Counted from the first letter of the stretch, positions 41,263-51,149 are shown. The stretch: DNA of 64,000 nt from Acidobacteriota bacterium (GCA_965248695.1 CBDFKD010000002.1:4160001-4224000), one strand, 5' to 3'. Program-made: numbers and translations. The notes: generated from the letters alone by a model not told the origin.

Positions 41263-42759
41263 TCAGGCTCGAACGGGCGGCACCACGGTCGCCATCAGCT
41301 CGGCTACGTCATCGACGTTCTCGAGCTCAGCGATCAAGCTTTCAAGTTGCCGCAGCTGTGCACCAGGCATCATGCGGGCGCCGTCCCGCTGCAGCCAGTC
41401 AACCCAGTCGCTGCGCGGAAACGGATAGACGAACGAGTTGGCGTTGCGCACGAACCGTTGGACGCCGGCGGCGTGCACTTCGACGCGGCAGTAGCGGCCG
41501 TCGGTTTCGTGCCCGCCCTCGTAGTTGAGCAACACCTTGTCCATCTCGCTCGCGACGGCCGGGTCGTTGACCACATCGTCGGTGTAGCGCTCGGGGGCGA
41601 CCCTGCCGTCCAGTAGAGCCACCGCGAGGGCGTAGGGCAGCGACGAGTAGGCGTCGTCCCAACGATCGAACGGCGCGCGGACAGCTACCTCTGCTCGGGC
41701 CTGGCGCTGCGCCGGCAGGAACACGTCGACCCTAGCCACTCGCGCCGCGTCGAGATCGTTCTCTGCCATCAGATCCAGCAGCAGCTGAATGGCGACGGCG
41801 TTCGCCCCGGTGCCGTGGTGGCGCTTCTGCTCGGCGGTGAGGATCTCCCAATCAGTGCCCATACCCTTGATCATCGCGTCGAGCTCGTCGGGTACCGCGC
41901 CGAAGAACGTGCTGTAGAGGCCGATTCCGCCTTCGATCCCGACCCGGCTGGCATCGCCTGGACCGGTGGCCGAGAGCGGCACTGCGAAGGTGCCGTTGCG
42001 GCTGATGAAGCTGTAGAAGTGCTCGGTCTGGCCGCCTTCCGGCACCCCCATACATAGGTTGGACCCGTAGGTGAGCACGTTGGCCATGCCCGCCGCGTCA
42101 AAACCCAGCAGCTTGCCGCCGACCGTCGTGGGGCCGTAGCCGCCGAAGATCATCGTCGGACGACGCGGCCACGGCGCCGCCCAGCCGGTAACCGGACGGC
42201 CGAGCTTGCCGAGCACCTCGTAGCCGAGAACGATCGCCAGTAGCAGGTCACGACCGGAGGCGTGGGTGGCTTCGCCCAGCGCCAGCGCGGTCGGCAGCGT
42301 AACGATCCCGGCGTGGATGCCGGAGGGCCAGATGACGTCGTCGCGCCAGGTGGCGCGCATGAGCGTGCAGTTGGCGAACGCGGCGTCCGACGGCAGCAAG
42401 CGGGCCTGCTCGCCGATGACCGTCACGCCGCCTGTTGCCTGCGCAAGCCGTCCAGCGACCTTGCGAACGTGTCCGGCCTTGGCGTCGGCCGCGCCGGCGA
42501 ACGCCAGCCCGAAGTGGTAAATGAGCTGCTCCTTCGCCTTGCGGATGACATCAGGCGGGAGGTCCTCGAACCGGGCGGCGGCGACGAACTCACCGATTCG
42601 CTCCGTCGCCGTCGGGTCAGGGGAGCTCTGCGTGACCTGCGGACGCCCAGCGGCCGGCGCTGCGAGCGCCAGGCGCGGCATCGTGTTCCTGCCGAACACC
42701 GCAGCGCCCAGATTGGCGCCCAGTAGCTTGACGAGCATCCGCCGGTCCAACGGCGTCAT
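41263..42759 (-). CDS. MmgE/PrpD family protein with Tat-like leader
   Basis: LDRRMLVKLLG leader, FEDLPPDVIRKAK, AAFAN...DD....HAG....ALALGE, GYEV. Confidence 0.85.
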   Translation of the reverse strand: MTPLDRRMLVKLLGANLGAAVFGRNTMPRLALAAPAAGRPQVTQSSPDPTATERIGEFVAAARFEDLPPDVIRKAKEQLIYHFGLAFAGAADAKAGHVRKVAGRLAQATGGVTVIGEQARLLPSDAAFANCTLMRATWRDDVIWPSGIHAGIVTLPTALALGEATHASGRDLLLAIVLGYEVLGKLGRPVTGWAAPWPRRPTMIFGGYGPTTVGGKLLGFDAAGMANVLTYGSNLCMGVPEGGQTEHFYSFISRNGTFAVPLSATGPGDASRVGIEGGIGLYSTFFGAVPDELDAMIKGMGTDWEILTAEQKRHHGTGANAVAIQLLLDLMAENDLDAARVARVDVFLPAQRQARAEVAVRAPFDRWDDAYSSLPYALAVALLDGRVAPERYTDDVVNDPAVASEMDKVLLNYEGGHETDGRYCRVEVHAAGVQRFVRNANSFVYPFPRSDWVDWLQRDGARMMPGAQLRQLESLIAELENVDDVAELMATVVPPVRA

Positions 42760-42823
42760 CTGGCCCTCGTACGGATCCTGGTGTGCGGCCAGCCGCGTCC
42801 TCTGCGGCCCGGTCGTCGATACC

Positions 42824-44221
42824 TCACCGAGGATCTCCTGGTGGCACCACCGTCGCCATCAGCTCGCTCACATCGTCGAGGTTCTCGAGATCGCCGATGA
42901 GGCGCTCCAGCTTCTGGAGTTGTTGCAGCGGCAACAACTGCGCTCCGTCCTCCTGCAGCCACTCGCCCCATACGCTGGGAGGAAACGGGAACAGGAAAGT
43001 GTCGGACTCGGCCGTCACCCTGCGCCCGTCGGTGGTGCGCACTTCGAGCCGCACGTAGCGTTCGATCGCGTGGCCGTCTTCGAACGACGCCGACACCTTC
43101 TGCATCTGAAGGGCGACGGCAGGGTCGTTGTAGACGCTGTCGGGGGCCGCCCACTTGTAGCGCTCGACCTCCGGTCTACCGTCCACAAGGATCAACGCCA
43201 GGGCGTAGGGGAGCGATGAGTACGCCTCCACCAGAGCGTTGAACGGGCCGCGGTTGATGTACTCGGCGCGGAAACTGCGCGCCGTGGGGAGAAAGACGTC
43301 GATCTTCGCGACGTTGTCGGCGGTGAGGCCATGCTCCTTCACCAGGCCGAGCATGAGCTCGATGGCGACGGCGCTCTGCCCGGTGCCCGGGTGCACCTTG
43401 GGCTCGGCGGTGAGGATCTCCCAGTCAGAGCCGAAGCTGGCGATCGACTCCTCGACGGTGTCCGGGATCTCACCGAAGAACGAGCGATAGAGGCCGAGCT
43501 CGCCTTCGATCGTGGTGTTGCTGAACGACGACGCACCGGCCTCGACGAGCTGGGCGGCGAGAATCCCACTGCGATTGATGAGGCTGTAGAAGTGGTTGAC
43601 CATGCCGCCCTCTGGGATCCCCATGCCGAGGTTGGCGGCAAAGCCGAGCGCGTGGTTCATGCGCTCGCGATCGAGCTTCATCAGGTGGGCGGCCACCGTG
43701 ACCGGGCCGTAACCGCCGAAGATGATCGTCGGACGGCGCGGAAAGCGCGCCGCCCACGAGTTCACCATCCGGCCCAGCGTGCCGAGCACCTCGTAGCCGA
43801 GCACCATGGCCAGCAACAACTCACGGCCCGAGGCGTGTCGCAGCTCGCCGATGGCAAGCGCCGTGGGCAGGGTAATCACGCCGGCATGGATTCCCGCTGG
43901 GAACGTGACGTCGTCGCGCGTCGAGCCGCGCATCTGGCTGCAGTTGGCGAATGCGGCGTCGGCGGGGAGCAGACGAGTGTTCGAGCCGATAACCGTGGCG
44001 CCGTTGGGTTGCTCGATCTGCCGTGCCACTTCGAGCGCCTGTCTTCCCATCGGTTCGGAAGCGCCCTCGAAGGCGCGGCCGAAGAAGAAGACGATGAGCT
44101 CTTTGGCCTTGCGGATGACCTCCGGGGGCAGATCCTCGAAGCGGGCACTCACGAGAGATTCGGCGATGCGCTCGCTCATCGTTCGCGGCGCTGCGATCGC
44201 ATTCTGCGGCGGCCGACTCAT
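42824..44221 (-). CDS. MmgE/PrpD family protein, no evident leader
   Basis: FEDLPPEVIRKAK, ADAAFANC...RDD....IHAG, IEGELGLY. ATGA overlap with the upstream paralogue. Confidence 0.85.
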   Translation of the reverse strand: MSRPPQNAIAAPRTMSERIAESLVSARFEDLPPEVIRKAKELIVFFFGRAFEGASEPMGRQALEVARQIEQPNGATVIGSNTRLLPADAAFANCSQMRGSTRDDVTFPAGIHAGVITLPTALAIGELRHASGRELLLAMVLGYEVLGTLGRMVNSWAARFPRRPTIIFGGYGPVTVAAHLMKLDRERMNHALGFAANLGMGIPEGGMVNHFYSLINRSGILAAQLVEAGASSFSNTTIEGELGLYRSFFGEIPDTVEESIASFGSDWEILTAEPKVHPGTGQSAVAIELMLGLVKEHGLTADNVAKIDVFLPTARSFRAEYINRGPFNALVEAYSSLPYALALILVDGRPEVERYKWAAPDSVYNDPAVALQMQKVSASFEDGHAIERYVRLEVRTTDGRRVTAESDTFLFPFPPSVWGEWLQEDGAQLLPLQQLQKLERLIGDLENLDDVSELMATVVPPGDPR

Positions 44222-45756
44222 TGGTGCCCTCCAGGATTCCTGCGGGGCGGGTCCGACGCGCCCGACGGTACCACCGTCGCCATCAGCTCCGACACATCGT
44301 CGAGGCTCTCGAGGTCGCCGATGAGCTGTTCGAGTCGTTGCAACTGCTGTGGCGAAAGCAGCCGTAGTCCATCGAGCTGCAGCCACTCACCCCAGACGCT
44401 GCGCGGAAAGGCGAACTCGTAGACATCGGCGTCGCGTATCAGTGTGGCGCCATCGACAGTGCGGACCTCCAGTCGGCAGTAGCGCTCGATCTCGTGCCCG
44501 TCCTCGAAAGTGACCTCGATCTTCGGTAGCTGGCGCGCGATTTTTTCGTCGACGGGGGCATCCGAATAGCGCCCAGGACCGACCTTGCCGTCCACCAGGG
44601 CTACCGACAACGCGTACGGCATCGACGAGAAGCGGTTGGCGCCAGGTCCGAATGGGCCGCGGAAGACGAACTCCTCGCGGAACCTGCGCTCCGTGGGCAG
44701 GAAGACGTCGATCTTCGCCACCCGGTCGGCAGTGAGGTCGTGGTCCCTCACCAGGCCCAACAACAACTCGATGGCGATCGTGCTCTGCCCGGTGCCGTGA
44801 TGGCGCTTTTGCTCCGCCTTGAAGATCTCCCAATCAGATCCCAGGTCGTCGATCAGGCCCGGCAGCGAGACCGGGATCTTGCCGAAGAACGTCTGGTACA
44901 GGCCGAGATCGCCCTCGATGGTCGCTCGACTCCCAGGCGTGCCGCCTGCCTCTGCCAGCAGCGCCGCGAAGGTCGCGTTGCCCGCTACCAGGCTGAAGTA
45001 GTGCTCGGTCTGCCCACCCTCGGGCACGCCCATCCCGAGGTTGGCGGCGTAGCCGAGCGCGCTGGCCATCCGTTCTCGATCGAGCCCCATCAGGCGCCCC
45101 GACACCACGATCGGCGCGTAGCCGCCCCAGACCATCGTCGCGCGTCGAATCCACGGCGCCGCCCACGAATTGATCACGTTGCCGAGCTTGCCGGCGACCT
45201 CGTAGCCGAGAACCATCGCCAACAGAACCTCGCGCCCCGACAGCCGGTGGACCTCGCCGAGCGCCAGCGCGGTGGGCAACGTGCCGAGGCCGGCGTGAAT
45301 GCCGGAGGGGAAGAGCACATCGTCGCGGAAAGTCGACCGCATGAGGGTGCAGTTGGCGAACGCCGCGTCAGCCGGTAGCAGACGGTACGGCTCGCCGATG
45401 ATGGTGGCGCCGCCGGTGTGCTGGTCTTGCTGGCGTGCCAGGGCACGCATGTGCTCGGCCTTGTGATCGAACGAGCCCCCGAATGCCAAACCGAAGTGGT
45501 AGACGATCTGCTCCTTGGCCCGCTCGACGACGGCCCGCGGCAGGTCGTCGAAGCGGGCGTCGACGATCGTGTCGGCGATCTGCTCACTCAGCGTGCTGGC
45601 GGTGCTGGCGCCGGTTGGCGGAGCGGCCGCGTCCGACTGCCAGCCAGGTCTCGCGGCGGAGACGGCCACACCCATCAGCAGGTGCCGGCCGACCGCGAAC
45701 GTCCCCAGGTTCGCGCCCATGCCCTGGATCAGGCGGCGCCGGTCCACCGAGCCCAA
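44218..45756 (-). CDS. MmgE/PrpD family protein with Tat-like leader
   Basis: TTG start after GGAG (uncertain), VDRRRLIQGMG leader, FDDLPRAVVERAK, RDDVLFPSGIHAG. Confidence 0.83.
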   Translation of the reverse strand: MGSVDRRRLIQGMGANLGTFAVGRHLLMGVAVSAARPGWQSDAAAPPTGASTASTLSEQIADTIVDARFDDLPRAVVERAKEQIVYHFGLAFGGSFDHKAEHMRALARQQDQHTGGATIIGEPYRLLPADAAFANCTLMRSTFRDDVLFPSGIHAGLGTLPTALALGEVHRLSGREVLLAMVLGYEVAGKLGNVINSWAAPWIRRATMVWGGYAPIVVSGRLMGLDRERMASALGYAANLGMGVPEGGQTEHYFSLVAGNATFAALLAEAGGTPGSRATIEGDLGLYQTFFGKIPVSLPGLIDDLGSDWEIFKAEQKRHHGTGQSTIAIELLLGLVRDHDLTADRVAKIDVFLPTERRFREEFVFRGPFGPGANRFSSMPYALSVALVDGKVGPGRYSDAPVDEKIARQLPKIEVTFEDGHEIERYCRLEVRTVDGATLIRDADVYEFAFPRSVWGEWLQLDGLRLLSPQQLQRLEQLIGDLESLDDVSELMATVVPSGASDPPRRNPGGHQ

Positions 45757-45791
45757 CGATGCTCTCCGATCGCTCCGGACGGAGCGAAGTT

Positions 45792-46148
45792 CTAGGGAGC
45801 GAGGTTGATCATGTCGGCATTCATCACGTCTGGAGTGATGAAGCTGCCGCTGAAGTTCACCTGGTCGAAGTACTCCAGGAATCCCGCTTCCCTGGCCGCA
45901 GCCTCCAGCCGATCGCTGAAATCCTTGCTCGGTAGCCGCCACACGGCCATGTATCTGTAGTCCATCCGCTCACTGCCGGTGTTGTCGTTGAGGGCGCAGG
46001 CCAGTATCTCAGCCCCTTCGCCCAGCAGACCGCCCAGCAAAGGGCCGATCTTGTCTGCGAAGAACTGAGCTCGGTCTTCTACAGAGAGATCCAGCCAAGT
46101 GGACTTCGCCTTCCATATCTCCGTGAGGATGTAGCCGTTCTGGCCCAT
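45792..46148 (-). CDS. Small conserved hypothetical protein (DUF6616-like)
   Basis: AGGAGGA RBS. Motifs EIWKAKSTWLDLS..DR..F, YMAVW.LP, GF.EYFDQVN.SG. Confidence 0.75.
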   Translation of the reverse strand: MGQNGYILTEIWKAKSTWLDLSVEDRAQFFADKIGPLLGGLLGEGAEILACALNDNTGSERMDYRYMAVWRLPSKDFSDRLEAAAREAGFLEYFDQVNFSGSFITPDVMNADMINLAP

Positions 46149-46162
46149 CACGATCTCCTCCT

Positions 46163-47650
46163 TCAGTTCACGGGAGAGAGCAGTGTCATCAACTTGCCAA
46201 TGTCATCGACCTGCTCGAGGTCCTGCACCATCGATGCGAACTGTTCGAGGTTGGCCCGCGGCACAAACTCCTCGCCGTCGCGCGACAGCCACGCGACGCC
46301 GTCGATGGGTGGGAAGACGTAGTCGTCGCCCTGGCGCTCGATCGTGCCGCCGTCGACAGTCGTGATGCGGATGCGCGCGTAGCGCGTGTTGGCCCGGGGC
46401 GTGAGCGTGACCGACATGCGGTCGACGACATCCAGGATCTCGGGGTTGTCCAGCTGGTCGTAGCGGGCGAAGTCGATGCGCCCGTCGAGCAGGATGATCG
46501 CCGTCTGGAAGCACACCGAGGCGGAGGACTGGGTACGGGTCGGGAAGGGCCCGGTGGAGTGGCCATCCTCGAAGTGGATCCGGTCATCGGGCAGCTCGAA
46601 CTCGACCTGGGCCACGTTGTCGGCGCTGAGCCCGTGCTGCTCGACGAGCTCGAGCATCATCTGTATCGGGACGATGTTCATCGCCGTGCCCGGGTAGCGC
46701 TTTTGCGTGGCGCGGAGAATCTCGGGATCGGTCCCCATCCGCGGCACGATGTCGTCGTCGGCCGGCACGGTTCCGACCAGCGATGCGTAGAAGCCGTACT
46801 GACCCTCCAGGATCGTTGGCGCGGTCTCTCCGCCGGCCTGCGCCACCACCGCGGCGGTGATGCCGTTGCGGTTGAGCCAGCCGTACACGTGTGTCGGTTG
46901 CTGCTCGTTGCCCTCCAGCAGACCCATGGCGGAGTCGGCGGCGTAGCCGATGGCGTTGGCCGTCTGCACAGCGTCGAGCCGCAGTAGCATCGACGTGACG
47001 GTGGCCACCGGGAAAGCCCCAAATGGCATCGACGGCCGACGCGGCGCGATACCGACGGAGGGGTCGTCGACGATCATCTTGCCGAGCACTTCGTAGCCGG
47101 TGACGATCGCCGCCAGCACCTCCTTGCCGGAGCTGTGTTGTTGCTCGCCTATCGCCAGCGCCGCGGGATAGTTCAGCAGCCCGGGATGGGTGGCCGACGG
47201 GAACAGCACGTCGTCGAAGCCGAGCGCGCGCATGAACGTGGCGTTGGCAAATGCCGCCTCCAGCGGTGGCGCCTGGAACGGCTGACCGATGACGGTGGAC
47301 TGGCCGCGGCCTCCACCGAGCCGCCGCGCAATGGCGATCGCCTGACTACCGTGGTCGGTGAGCGCGCCGCTGAACGCCAGGCCTACCTGGTAGATCAGAT
47401 GCTCCTTCGCCCGATCAACAGCTGCCGGATCGAGATCCGCGAAACGGACGCCGACGATGTAGTCGGCGATGCGGCGGGCGAGCGGCGTCTGAGGGGAGCC
47501 GTCCAGGGCGGCCACCCAGGACCGCGTCGGTGGCCGCATGCCCGCGAACACCGGCGCGACCAGCGAGGCGCACACTGCGCGGCAAACGGTCCGTCGCGTT
47601 GGTAGCGCCCGACTCGGGGTCATCCGCCTGCCTGCTTTTGTAGCGCTCAT
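46163..47650 (-). CDS. MmgE/PrpD family protein with Tat-like leader
   Basis: PTRRTVC leader, FADLDPAAVDRAK, AAFANA...FDD....THPG, ILEGQYGFY, KRYP. Alternative start at 47623. Confidence 0.87.
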   Translation of the reverse strand: MSATKAGRRMTPSRALPTRRTVCRAVCASLVAPVFAGMRPPTRSWVAALDGSPQTPLARRIADYIVGVRFADLDPAAVDRAKEHLIYQVGLAFSGALTDHGSQAIAIARRLGGGRGQSTVIGQPFQAPPLEAAFANATFMRALGFDDVLFPSATHPGLLNYPAALAIGEQQHSSGKEVLAAIVTGYEVLGKMIVDDPSVGIAPRRPSMPFGAFPVATVTSMLLRLDAVQTANAIGYAADSAMGLLEGNEQQPTHVYGWLNRNGITAAVVAQAGGETAPTILEGQYGFYASLVGTVPADDDIVPRMGTDPEILRATQKRYPGTAMNIVPIQMMLELVEQHGLSADNVAQVEFELPDDRIHFEDGHSTGPFPTRTQSSASVCFQTAIILLDGRIDFARYDQLDNPEILDVVDRMSVTLTPRANTRYARIRITTVDGGTIERQGDDYVFPPIDGVAWLSRDGEEFVPRANLEQFASMVQDLEQVDDIGKLMTLLSPVN

Positions 47651-47777
47651 TCAATGGCTCGGTTCTTGAGCCCCGACTGCTGATCGGGATCGCAACTTAG
47701 GTCATACTCCCTCGGTTTTCCAGGAACACGCGGGCACCGTCGGCACCGGTGCTGACGCGAGCGAGGACGCAACGCCG

Positions 47778-49286
47778 ATGGGCAGAGAGCGTCGGAGGCG
47801 GTGGAGCACCCATGCGCGCCTGAGGAATGCCTCCTGGCCCGGATGGACGATCCTGCTGTGCATCGGATTTGCCGTGACTGCGGCGGCGACGCCCATTGCC
47901 GTGGCCGCTTCGGCTCAAGCGCCCCGCTCGGCGACGGAGTTCGGGCTCAATCGTGTCGCCAAGATCCTCTGCTCCGCAGTCTTCGTCTCGGGCCGCGAAC
48001 TGCAGGAGGCGCTGCACAACAGCGCTTATCGGGTCTTGCCAGAGCCGGATTGGCAGCGGCTGGCGGCGCGCTCGAAGGGTGACGCCGGAGCGGAGATCGT
48101 CCTGGACCGGGCGGCCGGGACCGTCAGTGTGTTGCTGCACGACTACGCGGGGCGTGCCAGGTACTACGACGATCAGGGCTGCGTGATTCTCCCGCCCGGG
48201 CTGGATGAGGTCTTCTTCGAGCCCCTGGAGGTCGAATCCGCGTTGCCGGATTCCGATACCCAGCCGTGGCCGATGGGCGACTCCATCCCGGTGCGGCCAC
48301 CGGTCGCAAAGCTGGATCCGGCGATAGTCAAGGACGCGATTGAAGCGGCGTTTGCGCCCGACGGATTGACCGCTGCGCTCGTAGCGGTCCACGAAGGCCG
48401 GATCGTCGCCGAGCGCTACGGCCAAGGGGCCACGATGGCCACACAGCTCGAGAGCTGGTCGATGGGCAAGAGCCTCACCGCCACGCTGATCGGGGTGCTT
48501 GTACAGCAGGGGCACCTGCGCCTGGACGATCCGGCGCCAGTCGCACTCTGGCACCAGGATCCCGACGATCCCCGTCGTGCGATCACGATCCGCGACCTGA
48601 TGCGCATGAGCTCCGGCCTGCGGTTCACTCACGCCAGCCAGCCGGCCCACGAGTGGGGCCGAGGCACCCCCGATCACCTTTACATCTACGCGGCCGCCAC
48701 CGACGCCTTCAACCTGGCGGTCACCCGGCCGGCGGAGTTTCCGCCGGGGACCGTTGGCCGTTATCGCAACTCCGATCCGCTGATCCTGGGTTACGTCATC
48801 CAGCAGACGGTCGAGCACCTCGGGCACCGCTACCTGTCATGGCCGCAGAAAGCGTTGTTCGACCGCGTCGGCGTTCGCGAGCAGGTGCTCGAGACCGACG
48901 CCTACGGCAACTTCCTGCTCACCGGCCACGACTTCGGCACCGGGAGAAACTGGGCACGCCTCGGGCTGCTGTACCTGCAGGACGGTGTCTGGCAGGGCGA
49001 GCGCATCCTGCCCGAGGGATGGGCGGAGTTTGTCAGCTCCCCGGCGCCGGCCTGGGATCCACCTGTGTATGGTGGACTCTTCTGGGTAAACAGCGACGGC
49101 CGCTGGAACGCGCCGCAGAGCGCTTATTACATGAGCGGAGCGGGAGGGCAGAATGTCATCATCGTGCCGAGCCACAATCTCGTCGTTGCGCGGCTCGGAC
49201 ACTCGCGCGGCGGGCAGGCCGGGCAAGCTGCACTCAACGTAGCGCTCGGCAAGCTCATCGAGGCGATCGATGCGTCCCGGCGATAG
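47778..49286 (+). CDS. Secreted serine hydrolase, beta-lactamase/NylB-like family
   Basis: SWSMGKS (SxxK), LMRMSSGL, YRN, WARLG.LYLQDG.W.G.RILPEGW, GAGGQ. Confidence 0.9.
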   Translation: MGRERRRRWSTHARLRNASWPGWTILLCIGFAVTAAATPIAVAASAQAPRSATEFGLNRVAKILCSAVFVSGRELQEALHNSAYRVLPEPDWQRLAARSKGDAGAEIVLDRAAGTVSVLLHDYAGRARYYDDQGCVILPPGLDEVFFEPLEVESALPDSDTQPWPMGDSIPVRPPVAKLDPAIVKDAIEAAFAPDGLTAALVAVHEGRIVAERYGQGATMATQLESWSMGKSLTATLIGVLVQQGHLRLDDPAPVALWHQDPDDPRRAITIRDLMRMSSGLRFTHASQPAHEWGRGTPDHLYIYAAATDAFNLAVTRPAEFPPGTVGRYRNSDPLILGYVIQQTVEHLGHRYLSWPQKALFDRVGVREQVLETDAYGNFLLTGHDFGTGRNWARLGLLYLQDGVWQGERILPEGWAEFVSSPAPAWDPPVYGGLFWVNSDGRWNAPQSAYYMSGAGGQNVIIVPSHNLVVARLGHSRGGQAGQAALNVALGKLIEAIDASRR

Positions 49287-49366
49287 TCTTCGCACCGGGT
49301 ATTCCCATGTAGGATCGAGCCGATGCACCGGAACCGCATCTTCCCTCTGTCCATGACGAGGCTGCC

Positions 49367-50590
49367 GTGAAGAGAGCCAGCGCCGTGACCACAGTTCTGA
49401 TCCTCGCCGTCGCCGTGCCGTCGGCCCTTGTCCCAGTCGCTGCCGAGTCGGCCGACAAGCGCGCCATCATACTTCCCGGCGCTGGCCCCGATCTGCCCTT
49501 CAGCCACGCGGTCTGGACCGGCGATTTCCTCTACACCGCCGGCGCACTCGGGAGGGTCCCGGGCGAGGGTTACCCGGGCGGCATCGAGGCGCAGACGCGA
49601 CAGACCTTCGCCAACCTCGAGCGTGTGCTGCAGGCCGCTGGCTCGGAGCTGTCGCGGGTAGTCAGCCTGAACGTGTTCCTCGCCGATGATCGCCACTATG
49701 ACGGCATGAATAAGGTCTTCCGCGAGGTCTTCCCGGGCGACGCGCCGACCCGCACCACGGTACGCACGGATCTGGCGGCGACGGCCGGCCTCATCGAGAT
49801 GTCGATGGTGGCAGTGCGCGAGGGGGTGGAGCTGCAGCGGATCATGCCGGACGGTTGGCAGCCGTCCGGTGCGGGATACGCACACGGGATTCTCGCCGGC
49901 GACACCCTGTTCGTGGCTGGCGCAATATCGATCGATCCCGCCAGCGGGGCGATCGTGGCCGGGGACATCGCGACGCAAACGGAGCGCACGCTCGCCAACG
50001 TCGGACGGGTGCTCGAAGCAGCGGGAATGAGCTACGGCGATCTGGTCGCCAACCGCGTGTACCTGCGCGACGCGCGCCACTTCGACGCCATGAACGCGGC
50101 TTATCGTCCGGTGTTTGGCGCCGAGCCACCGGCGCGCGCCACCATGCGCGCTGGCGTGATGCACCCTGACCTTCTGATCGAGATCCAGTCGGTGGCGGTG
50201 AAGGATGCCGGTCGCAGCGTCGGAGGAAAAGCGAATCCCGCCAGCCCGTTCTCGCCGTCGATCGTCGCCGGCGGACGGCAGTTCTTGCAGGGGATGACCG
50301 GCTGGGACGAGTCGGGCTACCCACCCGCCGATGTGAAGGCGCAGACGCGCTTGGCCATCGAGAAGATCGAGGCCACGCTGGCCGCGACTGGGCTCGACCT
50401 CGGAGACCTCGTGGACAGTAGGGTGTATCTGTCCGACATACGGTATTTCGCCGACATGAACGAGATCTACCGCGAGATGATCCCGTCGCCCCGGCCGACG
50501 CGTACTACCGTGGAAGCAGTGCTCATGGGGCCCGATGCCCTGGTGGAGATCATGGTGGTGGCCGACGCCGCCAGCGCCTCGCCGCGATGA
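49367..50590 (+). CDS. Secreted protein with three tandem RidA/YjgF domains
   Basis: Signal peptide, then three units with QT..., MN..Y/F...F, P[TA]R[TA]T and IE[MI]. Confidence 0.88.
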   Translation: MKRASAVTTVLILAVAVPSALVPVAAESADKRAIILPGAGPDLPFSHAVWTGDFLYTAGALGRVPGEGYPGGIEAQTRQTFANLERVLQAAGSELSRVVSLNVFLADDRHYDGMNKVFREVFPGDAPTRTTVRTDLAATAGLIEMSMVAVREGVELQRIMPDGWQPSGAGYAHGILAGDTLFVAGAISIDPASGAIVAGDIATQTERTLANVGRVLEAAGMSYGDLVANRVYLRDARHFDAMNAAYRPVFGAEPPARATMRAGVMHPDLLIEIQSVAVKDAGRSVGGKANPASPFSPSIVAGGRQFLQGMTGWDESGYPPADVKAQTRLAIEKIEATLAATGLDLGDLVDSRVYLSDIRYFADMNEIYREMIPSPRPTRTTVEAVLMGPDALVEIMVVADAASASPR

Positions 50591-50670
50591 TCAGTCGGCG
50601 AAGCTGACGCGGAAAAACACGGCGTACAGGATCGGCACCACCCCCAGCGTGAGCACGGTGGCAAACAGGG
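50591..50670 (-). pseudogene. Remnant C-terminus of an AcrB/RND permease
   Basis: Minus strand reads LFATVLTLGVVPILYAVFFRVSFAD*, resembling the last RND TM helix. No upstream gene body is present. Confidence 0.65.
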
Positions 50671-50804
50671 CAGTCTGCCCCCTCACGAGCGCCTGCAGCG
50701 CGGTTTTCGGCGAATTCATGAAACTCGCCGGCATAGTGTACGTTACATAGTATGTGTGCCTGAATCACGGGGGCATGAGGCCGCCCGCTGAGGCTGGAGA
50801 GATC

Positions 50805-51149
50805 ATGCGAATAGGACGCGAATTGATGCGCGGTGCCGGTCCGGTGGCCGTGCTGTCGCTTCTGGAGCAGCGCGAGAGGTACGGCTACGAGCTCGTCGAG
50901 GCGCTCGAGGCACGCACCGACGGTGTGCTCGCCATGGGGCAATCGACGTTGTATCCGCTGCTGTACAACCTGGAGGCCAAGAAGCTGATCGTCGGTCGTT
51001 GGAAGACCGCCACATCGGGTCGTCGGCGCAAGTACTACCGACTGACAGCGGCCGGTCGAAAGCGCCTGGAGTTGCACCGGACGCAGTGGCGGCAGCTGGT
51101 GCAGGCAATGACCGGGCTCGGGCTGCTCGACTCTGCGGACGAGCGCTGA
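50805..51149 (+). CDS. PadR-family regulator
   Basis: RELMRG....VLSLL....YGYEL...GQSTLYPLLYNLE...GRRRKYY.LT..G. Confidence 0.92.
   Translation: MRIGRELMRGAGPVAVLSLLEQRERYGYELVEALEARTDGVLAMGQSTLYPLLYNLEAKKLIVGRWKTATSGRRRKYYRLTAAGRKRLELHRTQWRQLVQAMTGLGLLDSADER

Noticed and set aside
41263-47650. Methylcitrate cycle (prpD) operon
   Set aside because: No prpB/prpC/acnD, the motifs diverge, and export-like leaders are present.
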